From: Thalia democratica
Taxonomy: Eukaryota
Assembly (NCBI GenBank): GCA_965202585.1
Contig: OZ241826.1
Location: forward strand, 56,358,001-56,422,000
Reading direction: 5' to 3'
Length of the DNA: 64,000 bases
In this document: in pieces, positions 53,301-64,000 of the stretch
How positions within the stretch are numbered: position 1 is the first letter of the stretch
Layout of the letters: the number at the start of each line of letters is the position of its first letter
Made by a program: the position numbers and the translations under genes
Notes under the pieces: model-generated
What the model saw: the letters and a program-made list of their open reading frames with translations, nothing else
Databases searched by the model: none
What the model was told of the DNA's origin: nothing

Positions 53301-56300
53301 TTATTAGTTGCTAAAACACCGTAGTTTTTTGATTATTTAGTTTTTTATAAATAATTTAAAAAACGCCTTAAGAATAAATAAAATTAATTAGACTTTTTTA
53401 CAAAAAACAGACAAAATCCACTGTGTTCTCAAACCCTATTTCTAATTATCCTAAATAGTTTGATTCAGTCACGTAGCTTGGTAGTTTCTGCAAATCTACA
53501 GAAACGTAAAAATTTGTACGAAAAAAACTCGCTTTTGTTTCGATTATTTAGCTTTTTAGACCTTGTTTCTTTAGCTTTCAGTATTCGTTTATACTTAGTT
53601 TTGCACTCCTGAGAGATAATTTTTACAATAACTGTACTCTCTAGCACTTTTAGTGTCGTAAATATTGAACAAATTGAATACATCTAAATTGCATGGTGTA
53701 GCTTCCTGTTATCAAATAGCAAACTATAGTAAAAAAATCCATTTAAAAGCTGTAGATTTGGTTTAAATGATGTGAGAGAGTAAAAATAATAAGTAAGAGA
53801 GAGGATCTTGTACTATTAAAATGTTTGTGGTGAGTCCAAAAGAACTGATTTTTTTTTTGAAATTTACATTTTTGTGTTACAAAAGAGCAAATACAGATAG
53901 AAGATATATAACAAGATGAATTTTAAAGTAGATGAACCTCAAAGTAAACTAACATAGAGAATTAACTTTTGTTTTAAATCAAATTGACTCTCTGAGTTGA
54001 ATGTTTTAAGATTAAATCCCTGTGGTTGACAAATATACAAAAATGAAAAAATTTTGAAACAGTGATGATAATATCATTTCCTGAAGTTTTATCAAGAAGA
54101 TTAGAATCTATTAAATCAGAAAAATCAACACAATAAGACATATAGCTTGCAACAAGAAGACAATCTGAAAAACTCAATAATATAAAAAAAAATTCAAGAA
54201 TAATATATACAAATTATAGTTTTTTTTTTAATATTTTGGAACTTTAATTCTTAATTAAAACTTGTTTTAAAGATTTGAAAATGTTGAGACAGGTCATTTG
54301 GTGGCACATCAAATATTTAGAAAAGATTTTTATAAAAGTTGTTCTGAAATGCAGTTAGGTGAGTTTTTTAGTAATATTTTTAAGAAATTTATCCTTAAAT
54401 TAATATTAATAAGCTTAAGCCACAATTAAAAATTTATTACCAAAGAGATAGCTTATGGGAAGAATCATTGGAAAAATTATTAATAAAAATATATATATCA
54501 GTTTAATTCTTTGATCAATGTTTGATAAATGGTTTTAAAATAAGTTTTATATAACTTTTTCAATATAAGATTTAAAAGAATAAGTTAATAATGTTTATTT
54601 TAACAAGTGTATAGTGGTATTATTAATTCTTAACAAGTTTAAAAAAATAAAAAAATTAATATATTTTATGTTTTGAAATCTTTATGTTTGAATTTATTTA
54701 TATGTTTTAAATTGTATCTGAAAAATATTGATGTTTAATATTCAAAGTTTGTAGTTATTTAACCAAGTTGTTTTATTTAATAAATTTGTTTTCTATAAAA
54801 AAAGTTTGATTCTTTTTACAGCTTTTGTTTAACAATTTTTTTTTAGTAAGAAAATGTTTCATTCTTTTTTACAGCTTAAATCTTTATGCTGCCAAAGCTA
54901 AAAATTACATTTACAAAGCCATGTACTCTTCATTTCTTTATGAATTATTGTTGACAATAATAAAGTAATTGTACATCTGAATTTTATCTAATGTTGTGAA
55001 CTTTTTTATTTTTTATCTCTTTTTTTTTTTATTCAACTCCTAAAGTTTATGATTTTTCTCTAATAAAAGCAACAATTTTTGCAAATGTTTTCTGAATATG
55101 GGGAAACTGTTTTCTAAATTATATATTTTAGGCCTATCAGTAATACTATTAAAATTAGTATCTTAATTAATATTTTTATTTTAAATGAAAGGTTTTATAG
55201 GTTCATAAAAGTTGCCACACATAAAGAATTATAGGGGGTCAAGAGCAGTACAAATTGCCTTGTATTCAGTTGTTCATTATACTTCAACATTCTTTTTTTT
55301 TTAATTTTTAACAAAACTGCACTTTTTCATATAAAATTAAAGGTAGTTAAAACTATTCTATTTCCGTTATGACGTCATCGCACGTTATTCTTGTTTTTTT
55401 TTTGCAGATTCGTAACTTTTTTGAGCTAGCTACGTCCCTGGTTTGATTTATAAGTCTTTTTCAAACAGTTATTTATTACTATATATCAAGGGTCAGCAGG
55501 CATTTTGTTGTCGCGCGACAAATTTCAAAATTGAAAAGACCGTTTTACTCTTCATAACAAACCCCGGAATATCTATGTAAGTTTTAAATCTCCGTCAATT
55601 ATACCTTATATTTTTATAACTCTTTATTTCAAACCGCAGAATACCTAGTGTACGATTTTAATATTTTTCTAGCTGGCCAGATTTTCATGCAGATTGCCGA
55701 CCCCTGTACTAATAAAATATTTTTTTGTATGTTTAAAAAAAAACTTACTGTTAGCTTTATCGAAATCCATAAAAAAGTACATACTAAAGTTATACTCATA
55801 CTGAATGGGCAACCGCGTGTTTCATTTTATAAAAACAAAAAGATTTAAAAAAAATTATATTCTTGAAAATAAACACTCTTCTAAGTTATGTAAATAAAAA
55901 AATTGTCAAAAATACTAAGTTTTATATTAAAAAGGAGTAGCTTTCTTTGATATGCGTTTGAAACGGCACTAATCTTTCGATTTCGAGCAGTTACAAAAAC
56001 CGACTTTACGGAACACTGGATACTTACCAATATTTACTCAAAAAAAAATTGATTAGTATAACTTGTGAGCAAATTATCAAGTAGATCAATTTTCAATCAA
56101 GGCTCTATCGAGATCAACCAAATTATGATGTTATTATTGACAGTCAACCAATCGCTTACACAAAAGGGCTAACTTGTTTGAAACCAACTTATAATTTGAA
56201 GTGAAACCATATGTTATATACATGTTATGGAAATAATAAAAAATTAGTGATTTATTTTTACTTTGTGTTGTAATTCAGTTGTTTTGTAGTTTACACTACG

Positions 56301-59300
56301 GATTTTTACACATTGTTTCGGACTTCACAACATAACTTTGTACATGTATAAAAATATAACTAAATTAAAACCCATAACTTTAAAAAAAATCCTCGTGCGC
56401 TTAGTCTTGGATTTAGTCTTACAACTCGATCCAGGAGCAACAAAGTCACTAAAACTTTAATAAAGAACCTATTTATACACCAACAACCAACCAAGAGGTA
56501 TAATACAAAATTTCGGCACAACTTCTCAGCTTCATAATATACCAAAAGTTTGATTAAATATTATTCTTTGTTTATAATAAATTTTAGTGCAATTTTGTTT
56601 GTTTAAAATAACAATTTGAATAAAAAACGTTGCGTATAAAACTAGCCATAATTTTACACCACTTGTACTACAAAATTTTATAAGCGCTAACTACCTGTCA
56701 CCTTAGTAGAGTATCAAATTTAAAAAATATAACCTAACAAACCTTAATAACGTTTGGTTTTTGCACTACCCTCTTAGCAAAGTCCATGACAGCATCATCA
56801 TAAGTTGCACTGAACAATAGAACTTGACAAGTAGTTGGAAGGGACTTGTGTAGTTTAATACTCATTTCTTTGAAACCTTGTGTATCAATCATGACATCAG
56901 CCTCGTCTAATACAAATACTTTTATTTGCTTCATATCCACTACCTGAAAATTAATTTACGCTTAAGATTTTTAAATCTAAAAAATATTAAAATACTATTA
57001 GTTATAACGTAAGTCACACTTACACATTTTTATTTTTTCAAACATATATTAATTTTTTGAGTTGTAGCCCTTTAAACATATTTTTAGAATTTGAATTTTC
57101 ATGCAACCCTTTCTCCCTAGGACCTTAATACTGCATTACTTTTTTTAAATTCTAATATAAACATTTTGAAATTTTAGGATAGAGTAGTTTTTTAAACATG
57201 ATTTAGTTATAAAACTATTTTAAAAAATTCAACAAACATACTCGTTTTTTAATACACCACTCTAGCATTGTTCCAGGTGTTCCAATAATGATTTGTGATG
57301 GAATTTTGCTGTTTCTGCTTACTGTCAATATAAAAATTTATATTATTATAATAGTCAAAAGTTATAAAAAACAAACTATAGACCTATAGTTGGTATTAAA
57401 AAATTAAACATTTATGCCTAATTTAACAGATTTAGAAAAATTAAAGAAAATCTGAAAATAAAGTACTGTTTAATTAACTATTACAAAAATTTAATATATA
57501 TTAGTTGCTTAGACGTTTTCTAATGTTTTTTAATATCTAATCAACTTCAATACTAATACCAATAAATAGAACATTAGTTTTATATTTTCAGTAATGTAAA
57601 TAAATTCTGTTTGAGAATGTTTAGGTATTTCTGATTTTATATTAATTTTCTTTAAAACACATTCAGTCATAAATCAAATTATACATTTAAAACTTAATTT
57701 ATGATTACATGGTAAGTTTTTAAGTTACAATTAGTAAAAGAGTTTTTAAATAGTTTAAAAATGATTACTTAAGGTTGTTGTATGTTTCAAAATTCCTTTA
57801 ACCTAGATTAGAAATTCTTAGGATATGGAATGCTTATAAAAAAACAAGAATAATTTTAAATACTTATCTTGGTGAGATTAGACTCAGAAATTCTAAAAAC
57901 ATTTGATTAACAACTGTAGGAGAAAGTCTATTGTGGCCTTTCTATTTTAATTTTTCCATAAGGAAGTTGTTTAACTCTACAACTTAAATCTCAAATTTTT
58001 CTTTGGATTCTAAAAGAATTATTAAAAATAAACCGTTGCTTTATTATTAATGTAAAATATGACTAATTTTTGAAAAATAAATTACCTTTTCTATGGCAGT
58101 TTTGCCACTCTTATAGTCAAAAAAAACTATCCAGAGTGACCAGAAACTGCTTTAAGTGACTCTAAACTGTCCTGAGTCATCCTGAGGTATATAAAATTCT
58201 TTTCAAAAGTTATACATATATATAAGTTTTTGAACAACATTTGTTATATTATATCAAAATACAGAGACTGGAAAAACTAAATCTCATTCAAGATCAAGAA
58301 TAAAACTGGACTGAGATTCTTAAATCTTTAGACCTATCTTTAAATTTATTTTTTTATTTCAAGTAACCTTTTTTTTGCCTAAATTAAAAATATGATAATG
58401 TTCAACTATATCTTGCCACAAAAGCATTAGAAACATAAATAATTAAGAGAGGGTTGCCAAATGTTCTTGAAAATTTTTCAAGATTTATTAAATTTTATCC
58501 AGTTTTATTAAAAAATAATTTTTGATCTATTTTTAGTATGAAGTTCCAAAATTACAAAATACTATTGATATTTGAATATTGTACTAGCTAAATCAGTATC
58601 GTCTTGTAAATTTACTATGTTATGAGTTCAGCTATTAACATACTGTAAGATATAGATTGTTTAAAATTTATAAAAGTAAAGCTATATTTGAAAGTAAAAA
58701 CTAAAATATTCAGTATAAGTTATAACACTATATAAGGTAAATACAGAACTGTATTTCTACTATCTAGCTAATTAACAGATTTATATTAGATAAAATATTA
58801 ATAATTTTTAACTTCAAAACTCTACAATAGTTTTTTTAATGTTATACTACAAAATACTTATTTGAAAAAATATCTTTAACTAATAATTAGGAACGACTTA
58901 AAACCATGGAAAATACAAAAGCACACTGATAAATACTTAAACTTTAGCTCATTTAGAAATAAACTGTTCCCTTACCTTTATTACTTTTCACGGCATAAGC
59001 TACAGAAAGACCTTTTGCAGTTAAATGTTTTCCCATGTCATTTACTGTTTTTCCAGTCTGTAATGCCAATTCATAAGTTGGCAAAAGGCAAATGCATTGA
59101 GGTACTTGTCTTTCTAAATCAACTCTGTGCAACATAGTCAATACAAAGGCTGCTGTTTTACCAGTACCAGATTGAGATTGAGCAATCATATTCTCAGGTG
59201 GATTAGCAAGAAGCATGGGTAATGCAGTTTCTTGGATTCTTGAAGGGTGAGAAAACCCCATATCCCAAATTCCTTGCAGCAAATCATCCGGAAGGTGTAA

Positions 59301-59546
59301 ATCTTGAAAATTTTTTATGGAATAAAGAGGTGAGTTTGGATCTTTCTGTTGCACTTCTAATTTGACTGTATTGCTACCTATGTCAACTAGGGTCTGTCTA
59401 AGTTCTTTTTGAAGAAGAGATGTTTCAGCTTTAGTAGCAGTGTCTGCCTTTTCTTCTTCATTTACTGAATCTCCAGCACCATTTATTTTAAGATTTTTAA
59501 ACTTTTGTTCTTGTGCATCTGCAGCTGCTGCCCATTCATCTGCCAT
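47397..59546 (-). CDS. DDX19: DEAD-box RNA helicase DDX19/DBP5. Coding exons 59546-58976, 57321-57242, 56943-56743, 48503-48259, 47965-47810, 47559-47397 (stop TAA)
   Basis: Q motif and motif I ([20 protein letters not shown]), [48 protein letters not shown]; DDX19-specific [14 protein letters not shown] and [20 protein letters not shown] junctions with consistent phases. Confidence 0.95.
48641..49312. mobile_element. Diverged member of the TTAA/GGGCAT family in a DDX19 intron
   Basis: TTAA then GGGCATAGG start; internal blocks similar to 62459-63137; ends near cctatgcg. Confidence 0.55.
49427..50156. mobile_element. Tc1/mariner (pogo/Tigger-like) MITE
   Basis: TA on both sides; 25-bp TIR CAGTAGACTACCGCTTAAGTACGCA with one mismatch; subterminal AAGTACGCACT repeats. 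Confidence 0.85.
50201..51998 (-). mobile_element. Cluster of reversed CAGGG-family copies: ~50201-50430 (short), ~50740-51609 (long, reverse of 2431-3310), ~51692-51998 (short)
   Basis: Direct reverse-complement alignment to the copies above; terminus GTGGCAACCCTG at 51609. Confidence 0.8.
52310..52650 (-). mobile_element. Diverged 3'-end relic of the 22932-24206 Penelope family; ends approximate
   Basis: aaagtcttgtctggtatacgaacttattttgctcacataaactgggcc aligns with 23313-23360; acgtaataatcaa is also shared. Confidence 0.55.
55487..55706. mobile_element. Old hAT/Charlie-like MITE
   Basis: CAAGGGTCAGCA...TTGCCGACCCCTG termini; TSD not recognisable. Confidence 0.45.
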
Positions 59547-60063
59547 TGGTGCTTTTTGATTTTTTTTTAATTAAAATTTCTAAAAAATAACTACAACTTA
59601 AACTACAAATTAAAAATACTTTAATGTGCATGTTAAAATAATCATAATAAAAAATTACAGAAATATTTCTAGATCTGCTTTGTTAAATTAAAGAATCTAA
59701 ATTTTTATCTATTAAATCTTTTATTCATTATTTTCTATTATGATTAAATTAGATAAATTATAACTACTAGTACCTCCAATCAGATAAAATATTCTAAATA
59801 TCAAAATGATTGAAATTATATTTACTTTTTTTTACAAATGTCAAACCAATAAGCTATTACATTTAACACACTCACAAAGAAATAATCAAGGTTAAAAAAA
59901 CTTAAAACTATTATTTAGTGTCTTGTAGAGCTAAAATTATGCAATAATTATACATATTTTGTATTTGAAAATAGAATAAATCAATTAGAAATGTATGCAA
60001 AGGAGATTTTGAAGTTTCCAGTTCTTATTTAAAAATTTAATTTTAATAATGCTCTAATAAATA

Positions 60064-61707
60064 CAGGGTTGCCACTCGTTTTTTCAAAAATTTTTCCAGG
60101 TTTTTAAAAGTACACATTTTTGGGTTTATTTTTAGTTTAAAGTTAAGTTTAAGGTAAGAAACTGCGTTAAAAAGTATAAAAACATTGAGAAGATACTGTT
60201 AACAGGGTTTGTGCGTGAAATTTTTTTCATTTAGCCTGACTGAGACCAATTTAGCCTGACATTTTTTCAAAGTAAGGAAAATCTCTTTTTAAAAGTCATT
60301 TTAGGTATTGTGGGGTTTTGATTAGTACTATTGTTGTCTCCGACTTCAACCAGCTTAATCTCAAAAATAGTTTGAGCTTTAAAAATCTGCAAAAAGCAAC
60401 TCTTAGCTTAATAACAACTCAATAAAAAAAGACTAAATTGTGAAAAAGGTGATTAACCCCCCTGTGCCAATTACATAACAAATTAAGTGATAAGTTTTAA
60501 AATAAGTGTTATATCTAATCTATTACTTTTAGTGATTAGTTTTAAAATACTAAACACATTTGTTCAACTTAATTTAGCACTAAGTAAAAACATTATAACC
60601 AGAAGATTTATAATAAAATGATATGCATTGTCGTGTTTTATTAAAATTTAAAATGAGACGCTTACACGAGTATAAAGTAAGTAAAAAATGTTTACTATAG
60701 TATTTTGACTAATACTTAAAATTGATACATAATTATAAATCTTAAACTCTAAATAAATACAGTGATTTTTGATGTCGTATCAGTTTTAAAAAGCTTACAC
60801 TTAAATAAAAAAAAAAAATTAATATTTTGTTCTTGCAATAAAAATTGAATTGTACCTAAATTTTGTACTCCCACAAAACTTAGTACTTATATCTTAAAGC
60901 TAAGTTTTAGTGTTGTGAATATCTCTTATAACTTTAAATAAACATTAAACATACATAAAATGCTAAAAGTTTTAATTTGAAAAGTATATGGTATAAAGCC
61001 TTTTAATTAGAAATTAAAACAGTTCAACCAACTAAGCTCTAAAAACATAGCTGATGTAAACAAATTCAAACAAACAGCTAAGTTGTTGAACTAAACTGTA
61101 ATGTTTAAACTGTATTTTTTTATGAATTTTTATAATTATGACGTATATAATATACTCAAAACAAAATATAAAGATTCTTAAATTTTCTTTAAAGATTTAA
61201 CAAAAGGTTTCAAGCATTTATTTTAACAAATACTGACTGATTTTGTCTTTAATAACTTAATCTTTATTTAGAAATATTCTCACATCTCCATTTGATCTTA
61301 AAAGATTTCTCAATTTTTTTTAATCAAAAGTTTTTAAGCATTTGAACTGAGAAAAACTGAGGTTCTCAAATTTTTAAATAAAAAAACTGATTTAGCCTGA
61401 CGTTTTTCAACTTTTTTCAAAAAAACTGATTTAGCCTGACTTAGCCTGATTTAGCCTGACGCGCACGAACCCTGCTGTTAAGCTACTTTAAATATTTTTT
61501 TAAATAAAAAAAATTTTGATGATAGCAAAAATCATTTATTTATATGATAGATTTTTGGAGTCCAATCGAAATATTACTACTGAACATGTGAAAATTGTTA
61601 AAATTCCAGGTTTTTTTTAGTGATATTTGCTCAAAATTCCAGGTTTTTTTTGCCTAAATTGTCAAATTCCAGGTTTTTCGAGGTTTCCAGGTAAAGTGGC
61701 AACCCTG
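60064..61707 (-). mobile_element. Short-subfamily CAGGG MITE expanded by a nested insertion
   Basis: CAGGGTTGCCAC / GTGGCAACCCTG; 6-bp TSD TAAATA; the halves rejoin when 60203-61481 is removed. Confidence 0.85.
60203..61474. mobile_element. Nested CAGGG-terminated element with TTAGCCTGA subterminal repeats
   Basis: TIR CAGGGTTTGTGCG / CGCACGAACCCTG; 7-bp TSD CTGTTAA. Confidence 0.85.
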
Positions 61708-61724
61708 TAAATAAGTCAAAAGAA

Positions 61725-63300
61725 TATCAATTAGCCGTTAAAAAATACAATTTTGAATATGAATAAAAAATTCTGCAAAAACCCAAATTTAAAAAAGTTA
61801 TATAGTTAGGTAAAATCTAAACTTAAATTAAGTACTGCAATACCCCTTTGATATGACAATGATAAAGATAAAACATTAACCTCAGATTTTGAAATAGCCT
61901 CACTTTTTAACAGAAGTTTTCAAAAAATATTTAAAAAAGATGATATCCACCAAAGTTTTAAACTAACTGAAAAAAACTGTAGTAAAATGCAAAGCTTTTT
62001 TATAACCAATGAAGACATTAAAAAATCAATTAAGCACCTAAAAGATAAGGTCATTAGAACCCCAGAAAATATCCCACCTTATTTTATTAAGTAAGCAATT
62101 CCATCCATAATTTTTCCACTTTCATTGATTTTCAATTGCTCTATAGAATTAGCTGAAGTACCAAAACAATGGAAAATGTCTTTTGACATTCCAGACTATA
62201 AGAAAGGTAACAAAAACAATATACAACTATAGGCTAATATCTTTAACTAGTGGCTTTTCTCAAATTTTTGAACACATTATATCTATAAAAATTCTAAATC
62301 ATCTTTTTGAATATAATTTACTATCTGAATTACAATTTGGTTTTGTCCCTAACCACTTGTCAAACATTCAACTATTAACATGCTTACATTTATGGATAGT
62401 TCCTTATCTTAAAAACAAATGTATTTAAAGTAGTTTAGACTAATATTGAAAAAGCTTAGGCATAGGGGGGGTAAACACCCTTTTTTGGTTTTTGATCTTA
62501 TTTTATATAGTTTTTACTAAGCTACAAGATGCTTTTTATAGATTTAAAAAAATCAAAATAGTTTTTGAGATATAGCCGGTCAAAGTCAAAGCCAACAATA
62601 GGATTCTTATGGGAGGCGCAAACTAAAACGTCAAATAACTATAAATTACTAAAAATCTATCTCCTCCTACGTTTTTTGAGATAACTACCTCAAATTTTCA
62701 GGAAATGTTCCTTGCAGTATTTAGAAAATTCTGTCTGAAAAAAGTTAAAAATAATTAAAAAATAAAAAATTTATAACAAAAAACCAAAAAAAAACTGTTT
62801 TTTTTGTTTATTTTTTATATAAAATTTTAATTTTTAATTTTTAAAAAAATTCCTTCCGACAGAATTTTTTAAGTATATCAAGGAACATTTCCTGAAAGTT
62901 TGAGGTAGTTATCTCAAAAAACGTAGGAGAAGATAGATTTTTAGTGAAATAGTCTATTTTTGCCATTTTAGTTCGCGAATCCCATAAGGATCCTATTGTC
63001 GGCTTTGACTTTGACCGGCTATATCTCAAAAACTATTTTGATTTTTTTAAATCTGTAAAAAGCATCTTGTAGCTTAGTAAAAACTATATAAAATAAGATC
63101 AAAAACCAAAAAAGGGTGTTTACTCCCCCCTATGCCCTTAACAATATTAGTTCAAACATTGATACTAAATGTGATATGAGTTTATTTGCAGATGATACAA
63201 AAACTTTAGTGAGTCAAATATCTCTTTACAATCTACTCTAGATAATATCTACAATTGGCTAGAAAAAAGAAAACTCTATTTAAATCCTATAATTGCTAAA
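61725..63300 (+). mobile_element. CR1-like LINE RT fragment related to 25972-28770, split by a palindromic DNA element; ends approximate
   Basis: Aligns to 28010-28740 (VKSKLKL, IRTPENIP, YRLISLTS, QFGF); resumes after 63141 with INNISS...SLFADDTK. Confidence 0.85.
62459..63137. mobile_element. Palindromic non-autonomous DNA transposon, Kolobok-like (TTAA, GG...CC termini)
   Basis: ~290-bp near-perfect inverted arms; right end ATGCCC followed by TTAA (63138-63141); left end eroded. Confidence 0.75.
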
Positions 63301-64000
63301 TATACTGAATTGTAAAGAGCTCAAAGAGATTTTCATGCATGAATAAGTTTTCAAATAACATTATAGATAAGCAGCAGTGTAATGTCAGTTTACTATTTTG
63401 TTGTACTTGAAAAGGTCGCAATTTTTTGCTACCAAAACGTGGATGTAAATAAAATAATAAATTTGCACATCTTTATTTAGAATAGTACTATAAAACTATA
63501 TGAACTTCATAAAAATATATAAATACAACTTTTTATTTATATACATAAAAACATTAAAAATTATAAAGTTTTATTATTTCGCTAATGCTGTAAACAAAAA
63601 TAAAATTGTTTACTTTATAAGGTTTTCCTCAAGTCACAATAACAAAAAAAAATTGATATTTTCGTTTTTTTAATATCACGATAGTTATTTTTTGATACAA
63701 AAAGGCAAACCTAATTTTATATAAGTAAAAATTGACAAAATGAGTATGAGGCACAAACTGAAAAAACTACTTTTAACAAAGCTTTAATACCAAAATAAAA
63801 ATAAATTTACTTTAAATCAAAAATTTATTCAAACAAATTAAGTCAAAAAAACTTGCTTTAAATTTAGGAAAAATTTTAAAATTAGTCGGAGTTTTTTTTT
63901 TCAAACTAGTCTGAAAGTTTAGCAACTCTGTTTTATATCCTTGTCCTTCTTAAATAAACTTTTGACACTAATACCCTAAACTAGGTTTTAAATTTTGTAT

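Noticed and set aside
53465-54177. Short ORFs in DDX19 intron 3 as a nested gene
   Set aside because: AT-biased, no recognisable domain and no coherent splice chain.
55369-55378. Perfect CRE palindrome ATGACGTCAT
   Set aside because: A single intronic motif with no supporting context.

Overview
Very AT-rich, repeat-dense metazoan (invertebrate-like) genomic DNA; the species cannot be assigned from the sequence alone. Two spliced housekeeping genes converge from the ends: the 3' ten exons of MCM6 (+, 1199-16253, including a GC-AG intron) and a complete six-coding-exon DDX19/DBP5 (-, 59546-47397). The ~31 kb between them holds the most interesting material. (i) Two copies of an intronless histone-H1-derived, Lys/Arg/Cys-rich protamine-like gene, 19,414 bp apart, identical over 600 bp except two synonymous sites, with unrelated flanks. 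(ii) A Gag-like ORF joined by a TAATG stop-start overlap to an ORF with an intact Y-box-type cold-shock domain, followed by an LTR-like segment that abuts a truncated CR1-like LINE; no pol is visible. (iii) A foldback-like element with inverted ~190-bp tandem arrays enclosing a spliced, decayed Ulp1/C48 protease gene. (iv) Several Penelope-like elements, one with a 560-bp inversion, a 13-bp TSD and hammerhead-like cores. Introns and flanks carry many non-autonomous DNA transposons (CAGGG-terminated with 6-7 bp TSDs, classical 8-bp hAT, TTAA Kolobok-like, TA pogo-like). Coordinates were read by hand; TE boundaries marked ~ are approximate.
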